Assembly (NCBI GenBank): GCA_047967505.1
Contig: CM106538.1
DNA: 64,000 nt
Reading direction: 5' to 3' (one strand)
Source of the DNA: Dipteris shenzhenensis
Lineage: Eukaryota
Positions 25,950 through 38,830 of this stretch are shown one piece after another. Numbering within the stretch: position 1 is the stretch's first letter; the number at the start of each line of letters is the position of its first letter. The translations under genes and the position numbers were made by a program. The notes under the pieces were generated by a model, which was given only the letters and a program-made list of their open reading frames with translations, had not been told where the DNA came from and did no database searches.

Positions 25950-27900
25950 CTTTCATGCCACCTCTGCTAGACTTTAGGCAAATATGGTTCACTTGTTTAT
26001 GCTTTAGCGTGAAGAGTTAGCCTCAATCCAGCAAGCCAGCCGTTGAAACTCCTTTAGCAGCAGTGTGCTCCAAGTCCTTGTGTTGGTGAATGGAATTCAA
26101 CCACATTTAAATGGATGGTATAAAGCCCTACAGCTTTTCATACGTTGGAAGAACCTCTAGCCATCGAGAAGACCAATCTTAAAACATTGCTCACTAAACA
26201 TTTGAAACCAGCTTTGTTGAGATTCTTCCTTTATAACCTTGACTGTGGTGTTTGGTCACGTGCTATCATTGGGTTTTTGCCACGATAAGCTTAGCGTTGG
26301 GAGTGGTTAGACGCTAGTCCTTATATATCGAAAAGTTCATTGCTCAAACACGTTTGGTGTAGACTAGTCCATCGCCATCCAGCCATAGATCGCTTAGGAT
26401 CACCGTTGAATTGGAGACAAGGCAACCCCGTTCTCCAAATAACACTAGGTGTCTCATACCATGCAGCCCCATTTATGCACATATCTCATCAGGAAACCTT
26501 AGGCTTGAATTGGCTCCAACTAGTTGGGCACTCTTGAAAGGCCCCAACCTCCAAGAATGACCCTAATGGGCCTAAGGGCACACTTTTCTAGGTATAGGGT
26601 CTCCTAATTGTCTCTACACTAAGACCACCCTAAATGTACCAAGGATACTACATGTCCAAATTGTCGGAGGGTTAGGATATGAACCCTAGGTTACCTAACC
26701 TGCGTAAGGCACATAAGTGGACAGAACCTCAGGTCTAACAAATTCTCCAACTAACTTTATGACTTCTCGTTCAGTCTGCTAACATGAAAGGTTGGTGTAC
26801 TTGAATGCCATCAAGTAACTACTACCTGTAAGCCACATCATTGATCTTTTGATGGAGCAAATATGGGCCACAAAAGCAGCAAAATATTTATATTCTGGCC
26901 GGTTCTCATCACCTAAGAATCTTTTGGGATTCTCAAGTAAACCCATTGGCCTTCTGAGAGAACTCCTTTTGACATAAAACTGCTCTCTATCCCGAGCATT
27001 CTTTATGCTTTCTCTTGCAATCTATCTTTTCTTGTTGTTGCAACCAGTCAGCTGTGGTACCAACTATTCACATTCAGTAAGCCAACTATCCTTGGGGTTT
27101 TGGGCTCGTTCTAAACCATATGCATGCACGCGATGAATGCTGAATCATGCGGCGTCTTTGGATAGAACTTACCTTTACTGGGTATGCCAGGTGGCTAAAC
27201 AGTGCTTACTTCTGAGATTTTCTATTTTTACGGGTTTTTGATGCCGCTGATTGTAGATTCGTCTCGAACTCTACCCTTATGCAGTTGAAAGGCAGGCCTC
27301 TTATTCCAAACGAAATGAAACTACCAAGTTCCAATCAGAGGCAGTTGCGTTTGAATGTCAATCCTTTTTCAGAATAAGATCTTGGAGTCTTGTTAACTCT
27401 CCAATTGCAGCAGGGGTGAAGAGTTTGGAACAATTGCGTTGTGGTAAGATTACTAACGAAGGATTGTAGAGTCACTCTGCAAGGACTAAATCGTCTCGCT
27501 GCCCTGCGGTCTCTCACTCTCTCTTGTAAGTCGATCTTTTTCAAAAAACTTGACTCGGTCTAAACATGGCGAATCGCACTATATCGTAAGTGGCATCAGG
27601 GAGCTTGGATGCAGACAATTGCAGAACTCTGAATCGGCTTGATTTAAGTTGGTTTAAAGGGGAAAAAGGACTAGGGATTTTGGCTGTCACTGAGCGGTAC
27701 CTTGGTAAATGATTCCGTGTTTTGCTTCTTGGAGCTGATGCCGACTTTGCAAAAGGTTGATCTCAGCTACGCAACGATGAAAGGTGAAATTTCCGGAGTG
27801 CGTCTACCTCCGATTGAAGCGCAAGAAGCTCATCAAAATGCAGGAGAAGCTTCTTTTGAGACTCGAGAGTCATTGAGGCTCAATCGTAGTACAGCAAGCG
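25950..27900 (-). pseudogene. Probable fossil NLR-type (TNL-like) LRR region, interrupted by a gypsy remnant
   Basis: Co-linear LRR-like fragments across frameshifts: AF/MSFLRF...HSGNF, LRS*DQPF, FRVLQLSASKLP, LKKIDLQE, PAAIGELTRLQDLILK, GIRGLPF, LEVLPTYEKL, QGLGAH. Confidence 0.5.
26300..27110 (-). mobile_element. Ty3/gypsy 3' remnant (integrase C-terminus and LTR part)
   Basis: GQWVYLRIPKDS...FCGPY...KINDVAY (GPY/F region) at ~26830-26950. Confidence 0.7.
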
Positions 27901-28176
27901 CTACATCGTCCAAAGCAGAGCGCAGATCTTCGGACGAATTGTGAAGTAGCAGCAAATCGTTTCCTGTCGCATCTCAGAATGATCGGAGCAGCACAAACAG
28001 AAACGTTATCAATATACTTTTGTTTTCACAATTCCTGTGTAAGAACAAAGATGCTACTTTGGATCATCAAAGGCTAGGGATAGCGAGCATTAAATACTCG
28101 TTCATTCAAACCTTAAATACTCGTTCAAAATGATTTAATTATATTCTATTTGGTTTCACATGTCCCATGACTACTC

Positions 28177-28260
28177 CATGGACTAAGAAAGTCTCTCTTC
28201 TTCATGGAATGGACTAAGAAAGTCTGGTCTTCTTCATGGACTAAGAAAGTCTAGTGTTCT
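28177..28260. repeat. Short tandem repeat, 3 copies of ATGGACTAAGAAAGTCT
   Basis: Period ~26-31 bp with related, non-unique spacers. Confidence 0.85.
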
Positions 28261-29719
28261 TAGACAAAGAGAGCATGGGTTATCATTGTCCATTCTTCAT
28301 TTTAACTTGGGAAGAGTATATGACTCGCAAAATGTTCTTCTAGCATTCGTGTGATCGACAGTTGTTGTCTTTCCCTATAGCATGCCACAAAGCCTAAACA
28401 CCACCTGCAAACTCTATTCCACACAGTGAATTTGCTGGATCGATCCCCCTTCATGGGTCTTTAGAGAGATTTGCTACCTTCTCAACGAGAGCCTACCTCC
28501 ATACACAAGCAATGTTTTAAAATTTCAAGCATTATCATGTTTTAATTTTTAAAATTCTATTGGTATAACACATTCGCAAATTTGATTCCCTTTTCAAGCA
28601 CTAGCATTCAATCTTCCTTACTAATTTGCAGCCACTATCAAAAGCATTAACATTCAATCATCTTTATTAATTTGCAGCTATTATCAATCCAACAAGAGCG
28701 AACTTACCAACCATTGACACTCCATGCAAGTACAACATTGCAAGATTGTCTATTTTCATACAACACATCCAACACCGGATGTGCTCTCCCATGTGCTACA
28801 CCTCTAACACTGGTGGTGATCGTTTTCAAAACGGGGGAAAGGCATGTTCCCCTATGATTATAAATTTACGGAGAGAGTTGTGCCGACTCTCCGCCATACG
28901 TTATGTATGGATTTTCTTTTTTTTTAATCCTTTCCCCTCTCTTCCTTGCTGTTGTGCACACATTCTAGTGAGCACCTTCTTCTCATGCACATTTATATTA
29001 CTTTAGCATTCCATGCCAAACCTGCTAATCCTTTTTGTTTTTGTTTTGCAAATCCAAATCAAACATCATACTTAGATTCTTCAAAAGGTAAGAAAATAGA
29101 CATCAAACGATATTGTATTCATCATGTCAATTATCATGCACATCAAAATTTCTAATCAAAGGAATAGAGGTCAGCATGTTTACATGCCACATATATCTAA
29201 TAAATATGACTCAAGCACATGTTTAAATCAAGAGCTGGCCAAGCATCCTAGTTACTTTTAGCCGATTTACTTTTATCATTGTAAATAAATAAAGAATTCA
29301 ACCCCTGGCTACGCTTTCGAAGAAAAGCATATCAACGCGTCAAGAGTCTAATAGCGAAGAGCAGGATGAATTCCGCACACAGGACATGGAATTTAAGCTT
29401 TTGGTGAAGGGGCAAAGCTTGCAGATTTTGATTAAGTAGGAGTTTGTTCATCACAACCAGAACCCTGCTGTCTGCCTCAACAACAACAATTTATAACAGT
29501 TTTAGTAGTTGCCCTTCTTCCGTCCTTGCTGCGCAAACTGAATGGGTTTGGTTCAGCCCGATGAGTTCTAAACCTGGGCGAATATGGAGTTGGAATGCAG
29601 CACTGCGTTATGGCAAAAAACAACAAAGGAGTGTAAATATTAGAACGCGATGCTGTCACCCGAGAAAAGATTGCTCCATGCAACAACATCGCTCGCTTCG
29701 TTGTCTAGAAGAATAGCCT

Positions 29720-32700
29720 CTCTCTAGTCCAAGAGCTTGGTTCAACAAGTCCTATTCCCTCTTCCAAAATTATGTTACCTAGTAATACTCCTCTTCTTAC
29801 TGCAAAAGCGCACTTTGTGGATTCTGGCTCCCTCACCTCCCTTGATTCCCTCAAAGGCACCTACAATTTACTATCGGCAATTTTGGTGTCCCCCAGTACG
29901 GTGGCACCCTCGCTCGTTCCCAAAGATAATTCCAACGAATGCAAGGGTTTTGGTTCATCTAACATGTGTAGGTCCAATCCAGGCGGCATGCCCATTTTCG
30001 TTATGGTGGTTCATGGGGTAGTGTTTCTTGTTTCGAGATTCAAAGCTATCCGTTTGCAACTTTTGCTGCCCGCGATCGTGTTCTCATAGGTCGGTGCTTT
30101 CAAACAGATTCCTACATCGCTTTGAAAGTTTGGAATGCTCAGGAAGCTGGAGCCGCAGTTGTTCTGGTGGTCGACGACGGGCCATCCTTCAATCAAATGG
30201 GCATTTGGCACAATTTTAGAGTAACCCTTGGAGTCAAAGGTGGGGTTTGTGACAGAGGATGGGGTTCCTCCTCTTCGGATGGTGGTAGAGAGCCTTGATA
30301 CCATCCCAGAGGGTGGTAGAGAGAGTTCTAGTGATTGGGACCGTGGAATTACTTGGATCTATGGCTTGCTTATGGATCCTTTGCGTACTTTCAGCTTGGC
30401 TTCTCCCCAGCGAAGCCAGGATCAAGCTTGGAAGTTATAGTGCTCACATTACCACCAGAGGTTGTGCTCAATCAATGTGTCGATCTTTTTGGCGTAAACA
30501 TCTCCTTCATGGAGTATTGAGCATGGAGGGTAGGGATTGAGCCAGTGGGACCCTAGTTCATCAACGCACGGACACAAACTACTCTCCCTCAAAACCTCCG
30601 ACAAAGTCACTGAAGTCCGATTTCCACGAGCAGGCTCCCATGCACAAGCGAGCCTTATCCACTGCTGCCCCATCCCCATGATCTTGACATTAGTGAGCTA
30701 GAACGTGCACGGGCTACAGTCCCCTAGATGAGTGGGAATTATGGGTGGCTAACAGGATTCAATGCAGTTGTTAGGAGCTATAGAGCCAGGCACTCAGACG
30801 GAGAGGCACCCTTTAGAAGCAGGAGAGAGCACTCCATCGTGACCTAGTGTCTATCGACCGACTTAGGGAGAAGGATTCAAGACCAATGTGGCTCAGGGAC
30901 GGCCTAGAGTGTGCACAATTGAAGTTACATGATATGAAGGTCCATAGAGCAGAGTTCTTATATCATTCTTCTCAGGCTAGATGGGTACAATAGGGCGACA
31001 AGATGACCACATAGTTTTTACCTCGATCTGCAGGGATCTAGCTCCAGTGACTCAAGGATGCACAGGGGCTTATTCACACCGATCCTCATGAGATCTTGGA
31101 GATGACCACGGCCTTCTACAGACAACTCTTTCAATTAGAGGAGGTGTCACCCACCACTATTCTAGCTAGAGAGGCAGTTTGGGAGCAGGTCCCCTTAGTG
31201 GTTACACAGAGTCTTAGCAGACAGTTGGAGGCGCCTTTCACAGATGAACTTTGTGAGGCACTGCAAGCTCTTCCAATCCAGAAGTGCCTCGGAGAGGACG
31301 ACCTGACTTCGAGCTTTTTAGGTGCTTTTGGGAGCATATTTCCACCCCTTTCAGGTTAGCCTACCAAGAGATATTTGACTCCAGTCCCTCCCACATTCCT
31401 AGAGCCAAGGATGGATATGCCTAATCCTGAAAGGGGGTGATAGGGCACACATCCGCCCAATGGATGCCAATCACCCTTCTCGACACCGCTTACTAGAACT
31501 TGGCCAAAGGTTTTTTGATCATGCATCTGCAACCCCACCTTCCAGACATGATCCCTGAGATGCAGACAGGCGCAACATCTTCAGCTTCTGAGGGGTAGTG
31601 AACAGGTCTAGGGAGGAGTCATTGCCTCTCGCCATTCTTCTTCTAGATTTCGAGAAGGCATACGACAAAGTAGAGTGGTCCTTTTTGGAGGGGGCCATGT
31701 AGAGACTTGGCTTCTCAGAGAGATGGATCAGAGGAATCTCAGCCCTTTATGCAGGCAGCTCCAGCCAGGTGATCATTGGGGGACACACAAGAGAGGCCTT
31801 TCCTCTTTCTCGTTCGATGAGACAGGGCTGCCCTTTGGCTTCCTATTTGTTCCTTTTTGTAGCGAAGGCCCTCGGTTACTTTCTACAATCTCAGGCACTT
31901 GGCCTTACAGGCATGAGGCTTCTAGTCTACTAGGAGGAGGAGCTTCGAGACTCCGAGTTTGCAAATGACACAACTCTCTATGTGAATGGGTCAGCATCCA
32001 GTCTAAAGCGAGTTAGAAGTGCCATGGCCATTTACTTCGAGGCTTCTGCTGCCCGCATAAATTGGACCAAATCTATTGGTTTCTTTACAGGCATGGAGGA
32101 GATACATGAGGTTTGTGATTGGAGAGAGATTTTGGTTTTCGAGGAGAAGACTTGGATATTGGTCACTTTGGAACTAAACTTATGGTCAAAGGGGTTTCCA
32201 ATGATGAAAGCAAACTTCCTGCACCTACTACAACTTCTTCTATTTCTAGGTTCCCCACAGTGTATGGCAGTGGCATGGGACAACCTAAGGCTTACAAGGC
32301 TATAGATGTAAAGTCATCATTTAATCCCACTCCAAAGGATGATCTGAGTGATAAAAGAAACAAGTTGGTTAAGCAGTTATCTCAAGCAATTATTGATGAC
32401 AGGAAGAAGAAGAATTCGTGCTACCTTTGTGGTGAGAAGTGGACCCCTGAACATAGGAATGTGTGCAAAGCAAAAGCAGGAGCAAAGTTGAGCTTGATTC
32501 TAGAGATTAATGAGGATTTATCTCCTAATACTTCTGCAGTAGAATCTGAATTTCATGAATATCAGGACTATGTGAATGAAGGCCTTGATGATGATGAGGA
32601 TCATAGTTCTAAAAAGGGGACCACCTTTCCTTTGATCCAGGTGGGTTATCCATGTTTGATACCATACTTATGGGTGATAGTTTGCCAAGGTGCTCAAATA

Positions 32701-35700
32701 GATCTAGACAATGGAACATTGAAGTTGTTGAAGGATATGAGGATGAGATCAGAAATTCAGATGGAAATGATGCTGTGAATGATGATGAACTGTATTGGGA
32801 TACACAATTAGTTGTGTACAGCATATCTCCTAATGTTTTTATGGGCTGCAAGGACTCTCAAACCCTTAGGTTAAAAGGAACATCAATAACAGACCAGTCC
32901 ACATTTTGGCTGACAGTGGGAGCACTCATAACTTCATTAATGCAAAGACACTTCAAACAATGAAGTTATGCCCATCCACTTTGGATCATGGGATCAAAGT
33001 TGAGGTGGCTAATGGTTAGCATTCCCACAGTAAGCAATATTGTCAGGCTGCTCAAGTGCAACTTTCTTAAGACTATACTTTTCAGGGAGATCTATTTGTC
33101 TTGGAAATGGGACCTATTGATATTGTCCTTGGTTGTGAATGGTTGAGAACCTTGGGAGAATTCTCTATGGACCTTGATAGGCTATATATGAAGTTTATGC
33201 TTGAAGGTAAGCACATCACATTGATGGGTCACCAATCTCCTAAATTGTCCTTAATTTCTACAAGAAGAATGGCCAAAGACCTCAAAAGTGTTTGTGGCGT
33301 CTATGCTATTCAGTTGACCAAGTCTCAAGAGGGTAATGGGTTGTTGGTGGAGGATAAAGACATGCAGTCCCTATTACAGCAATACTCTAATGTATTTGCT
33401 GATCTTCCCAACCATCTCCCTCCCATGAGAGATGTGGATCATGCAATTGTGTTGGAGCCAGGATCTAAGCCAATCAACAAAGCTCCATACAGACTTTCTA
33501 GAGCTGAAAGGGAAGAGGTGGCAAGGCAAATAAAGGAACTCCTTGACAAGGAATTTATTACACACAGTCAGTCACCCTTTGCCTCTCCTGTGTTATTAGT
33601 TAAGAAAAAGGATGGCTCATTTAGAATGTGTATTGATTACAAGGATTTGAACAAAATGACAGTTAAGAATAGGTTTCCTATCCGTAGAATTGATGATCTA
33701 CTGGATGAGCTTAGAGGGGCAAAGTACTTCACAAAGATTGACTTAAGGTCAGGCTATCATCAAATAAGGATGAAGGAGGGAGATGAACATAAAACTGCCT
33801 TTAGGACAGAACGTGGGCTTTATCAATTCAAAGTGATGGCATTTGGCCTAAGCAATGCACCTGCAACTTTCCAGGCCCTAATGAACAAGGTATTGCAGCC
33901 TTTCCTCTATAAATTTGTGTTGGTATTCTTTGATGATATATCGATCTACAGCAAAACAAAAGAAGAGCATTTATTGCATGTCCAGCAAGTATTGGAAGTA
34001 TTGAGGACACACCAGTTGTATGCCAAATCAAATAAATGCACTTTCATGGCTGAAGAAGTGGAATATTTGGGCCATATTGTCAGCAGTAGTGGCATTAAGG
34101 TGGATCCCAGCAAGGTAAAGTATGTAAAGGATTGGCCTATACCTCAGAATATCACCTAGCTGAGAGGGTTCCTTGGTCTAGCATCATTTTATAGAAGGTT
34201 TATAAGGCATTTTGCCAAATTGGCAGCTCCTCTCACTGATCTTCTAAAAAAGAATGCTTTCCAATGGTTTGACAATGCCAATAAGAGCTTTGAAGCATTA
34301 AAGTAGGCATTAACTTCAGCACCTATCTTGGTATGTCCTGATTTCTCTCAACCTTTTATAATTGAGGCTGATGCTAGTGGAAGGGGCATTGGACCTATCC
34401 TAAAGCAGAGTCATGGATTATTGCCTTTGAAAGTCGAAAATTGGATGACAAAGAGTCAAGTTTCCACATTTATGACCAAGAGATGTTGGCAATACTTCAT
34501 GCAATCAAAAAGTGGCACCACTACATTTATGGCAGCCATTTCAAGGTCAAGACTGATCATAAGACTCTCAGATATTTTCTATCTTAGTCTTCTCTATCAC
34601 CCAAGCAAAGGAGATGGCTATCCATTGTGCAAAGCTATGACTTTGACATAAACTACAAGATGGGCAAAGAAAATATTGTGGCAGATTCCAAGAGGGAGAC
34701 AGCGAGATATGTGGGCTGCTAGGTTGGCAATGACATATCGGCTAAGCAACAGTTCAATCCAGTACTAGATATTGTTTGCTGCAAGCCATTATACTAGAGT
34801 TTGGCCAAACTCTTGCTTGCAGGGTGGGGTGTTGGTTAACCAAGTCCTTCCTGCCACAGCCTAGTAAATTGCCTGTTGCTGGTGTTTTCATCGGGGCTAC
34901 ATGGGACAGCTTTGGCACTTGGTGTGAAACTTCCTTTGGTCTATATCGGATGGAATGCGCAATATTAGAGTTCAAGTGGCCTGGCAAATTGTGATCTTAC
35001 CTCAAGTGCAAGGTGGATTGGGCATTATAGATCCAAAGATGCAGAGCAGAGCCCTCTTGGGCAAGTTGGTGGTGAGAGGCCTCACCCCAGGTGCTGAACC
35101 ATGGAAGCTCCTCCTCTAGCGATCTTAGGAACACTCCTCGCATAGGTCAGTGGTAGTAGTCCTACAGGTAGATCTTCTCTGAGGCTCCCTTGATAGGGAA
35201 GGGTTCTCCGCCGCTGATGAGGAGTCTTTACAGAGATTGGCCAGGGGACTCATTCGGGCTAGACCTTCATGGAGAGAGAAGTTTGAGAGATTTCCTTATT
35301 TGGCACCCGGAGGATAGAGACTCGGAGGGGTGCATGCTAGGCCAGCGAACCCACATTGGTTGGGCTAGGTGGGACAGTTGACTAGCTCGATCCTGTAGGA
35401 CTTGGCAGAGGCTTCCCAAAGAGATTGAAGCCCAATGTAAGACTCTTTCTCACCTACGAGGGGCATGTACTAGGATGCTGGATATCGAGACAACAATCTC
35501 GAATTTGTGGTGGGATGGTTTACGGAATCCTTGAACCCCCCACTGCTGGTCTAGACAGTTCTCTCGGATGGGAATATCGCTTAGGATATGCTTCTTTTGA
35601 AAGGCCCTCAGATCCTGCCGGTCCCGATTTTATAGGGTGGGATCTGGAGGCTTGCTACAAGCAAAGATAGAGCTAGAGGATGAGCCAAGGGCGGACTTGG

Positions 35701-36860
35701 AGGATTTAGAGTGGTAGAGGATCAGGATAGTGGGCCGCCTAGGCAGGACATGGTACATTGACCGCACCATAGTTTTATCAACCCTGGAGGTATTGGTATC
35801 GAGCCTGTGGCTTTGGGAGGGCAAAACCTTACGCAACATTCAATGGGATTCAAGTGAGTGGTTTTGGCCAGCCTGCTTAGGGCAATCGGATCGAGTCGAG
35901 GCAGTCTCCTTCTTTTCTTACACAACTCGTATTAGGCGACACCTATAGCTTGAGGCAGTAGCATGGTCCCCTTCGAGGGAATGGCATTGGCTGGAGCATG
36001 ATGTCCCGCGAGAGGTTATATCTCTCTTTTGGCCTCGTCTTTGGACAAGTTTGCTACCACGCAAGATTTTGTATTTCTTCTAGCTGCTTTCTCACGAGGT
36101 CTACCCATTGGTCCATGGCTGGACTAGATGCGGGTTGATGACAAATGTATTGGTTGTGCGGAAGGGGTTTTGGAGACGATACCTCACTACTTGTGGGGCT
36201 GCCGCGTGGCACAACAGATATGGCTAGTGTCCCTCAAGATTGTGGCTAGTACACACAGAGGATGATCACTGACTTCACTTGGGGGATGGCGGCCTGGCTC
36301 ATAGAGGGCGGGCATGCCTTCTCGATTGATCCTGTATCATTGGCATACATGATTCATGGACAACATGTCTTCCGGATAGAGACCCATGCCCACCCCCTCT
36401 ACAGGAGGACAATGTGTGGGAAAGAGTATCCAACATTACTACTTGGAACATTTGGGTTGCACGCTATAGCCGGGTGATGGGAGGCTAGCAGGTTTCTCCG
36501 ACGACTACCCTAGTAGCCATCTGGCAGGATATTATATTCACTTCGCATGCCATTTGGGAGCACGGTACTCTAGGTTTGAGAGCGATTGCTGAAAGGCATG
36601 AGCATTTCTGTTAGGCATGGTTGACAGGAACATTTTACACCCTTTCCGTGAGGGGCATTCGTTGGATGTATAGACCACCACCCTAGTTGCTAGCTCCTGT
36701 TTTGGAATCTCTCTAAGCAGTGAGCCGTGAGATCTGTAAATAGGGGCATAGAGCTAGCAACATGTTTTTCTTTGTACTTTCATCTTCAGCTCCTTTTGGA
36801 AGTGACTTGTATGGTTTTTTCGAGCATTAATAGAAGTCACTTTTTCAAGGGGGGGAAAGG
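29720..36860 (+). mobile_element. L1 LINE: ORF1 remnant and ORF2 with most of the endonuclease deleted, interrupted by a gypsy block at 32142-34686
   Basis: ORF2 start MILTLVS*NVHGL at 30678; LLDFEKAYDKVEW, RQGCPLA, EFANDT; C-terminal C..C..ET..H..WGC; 3' end taatagaagtcactttttc plus decayed tail. Confidence 0.9.
32142..34686 (+). mobile_element. LTR-less Ty3/gypsy internal block: gag zinc knuckle, protease, RT, RNase H
   Basis: CYLCGEKWTPEHRNVC, LADSGSTHNF, 352-aa ORF 33101-34159 with SPVLLVKKKDGSFRMCIDY and FFDDI, EADAS, ends at ENIVAD. Confidence 0.95.
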
Positions 36861-36879
36861 AGCAAGAGTACTAAAAATA

Positions 36880-38830
36880 TGAATGAAGTTTCAAAAATTC
36901 ACAGGATGCAAGGGAAAGTATCCTCGATCTCATCTATAAAATTGTTGGTTGCAAGACTACAAGTCAACCTGGAGGAAAAGTACTTGATGTTCCAGCCACT
37001 TTTGCAAACAAAGACTTCAAATGATATGACTAATACCTCAATGAGGACTTTGACGTCGAGTTGAAAGCTCTGTTCCTAAAAAGTTTCCAATACAAACCCA
37101 GCAAGGAAGATGTATCATTGAAGCTCAAACAAACACAAAGGCGAATTGATGTATGACTATAGAATGAATTAGGGTGCTTACAAATCAACTTGACAATGAA
37201 CAAGACAAAACATCTTCACGGTCTTGGTTGATGAGTACTCTCACTAAAGGAGCAAAGCTGCACAACATGAAGATTATGTACCCAATGACGTATGATGAAT
37301 TGCTTAACGAGTGATTGCATTCATGAATGATCAAGATGGAAAGCAAAGAAGGGTACCCAATGTTGTTGGGACAACATAATTAAGGCGTGCCAAGGTTCTC
37401 TACATTTGGAGAAGGGAGACCCTCAAAATTACCCAAGACAACAAGGATATGTAGATACCAATGGGCATAAGCACAATCCAAAAATGTTGCAAGACCAAAT
37501 GCCCAAAGGTGCAAGACAAAACCCCTTGAAGTGCAACCAAGTAGACATAGAGAAAACTCCCTACACACAGTCATGGCTATGGTAAGGGTTGTTGTGACAC
37601 CTTTGAGAGTATCTGTCGATGATGCTAGTAATTGCAAAAAGGAAAAAAGGGGGTAGAACAGGGGCAAAAATGGGGGGCAATTGAGGTATAAGAAAGGAGA
37701 GCAAAGCTGAGGAGAAAAACTACCGCACAAAAAGGAGGATAGAAGCCAAAAGTGGGACGAGCAGACTCCAAAGGCATGACTTAGGGGCGGGGGAGCAATG
37801 GGAAGAGCTAAGCCAATGGCGAGAGAGGGGTAGCACAAGGTTCTTCTCATCTTTTCTCTTTCCTGTTGTCATTATTTCTAGATACCTACTTGCAATTTAA
37901 CACTTCTCTTACTTTGTCTTTCAAATTGAGGAGTTTGTAAGTTTATTGATGCACAAGGAACAAATAAGAAAGAATAAATCTTCCTTAATGCATGGCAATG
38001 ATAAGGAATTTACTACCCATGACAAGGGAAAATGAAAAAATTCAAATAATTTTCAAGCAAAGGTTAGTTCAAGGCAAAAGGCAAGTAAACCAAAGGTTGA
38101 TGCTAGCAAGCCTAGGAAAAAACACAAATGCCATTGCTGCAAAAAGCTAGGCTATTCATTAGTGAATGTAGGAAAATAATTATAGAGGAGAATAGGAAAT
38201 ATTTTGACACTTTGATTATAAATTCCATCCATTCCAATGCAAATAAGGGTTATGCTTCAACCAATTGTGTGGCTAAAGAAAGGGCTCATATTTGTTATGG
38301 TACCACAAGAAGGCGCATCACTAGTGAGTCTAAAACTTCAAATGTTGTTTGGTATTTCAGGAGTGGTGCATCTAGGCACATTAACCTCTCAAATGGTGTA
38401 ATTTGCAAATTTTTAGATTGTTCTAGTTAGAAAGGTGTCGAGTGCCAACAATCCTTCTTACCAAACAAAAATGATACCAAATAGGAAGTTGCATCACTCA
38501 ATGTGGCTAAAACTTTAGATGGTGTTAGTTCTTTAGCAATGATGCATCTATGCACATTACCTCTAGGATGCATTATTTCTAGATCTACAACATGTTCCAT
38601 TTGACAAGGTGTCCATGCCTACAATTCTTCTAATATCATCAAAGAAGTTATGAAGATGGTGCTATCATTTTTATCTTCCAAACGTAATTTATGTGCTAGG
38701 TATTAAGCAAAATCTTACTTCAATTTCCTCTTTTGGAAAAAGAGGTTATGCAATCACCTGTGAGGAGGACAAGTGCATAGTCATAGATTGTGAAAAGGAT
38801 TATCAAATGGTACTACTAGCACTTTGTATG
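36880..38830 (+). mobile_element. Highly decayed Ty1/copia gag-protease remnant with internal insertion
   Basis: CHCCKKLGY zinc-knuckle remnant at ~38130; WYFRSGASRH protease motif at ~38350. Confidence 0.6.

Noticed and set aside
26770-26912. Box C/D snoRNA (GTGATGA...CTGA on minus strand)
   Set aside because: Lies within gypsy integrase coding sequence; no terminal stem or rRNA guide recognised.
27700-27873. ORF MTLESQKK...LRS*DQPF with in-frame TGA as selenoprotein or read-through
   Set aside because: No SECIS evidence, and land plants lack the Sec machinery; better explained as a decayed LRR-gene frame or a uORF.
28177-28260. CRISPR-like repeats (also 4075-4225)
   Set aside because: Spacers are short and related to each other, there are no cas genes, and the context is eukaryotic; these are simple tandem repeats.
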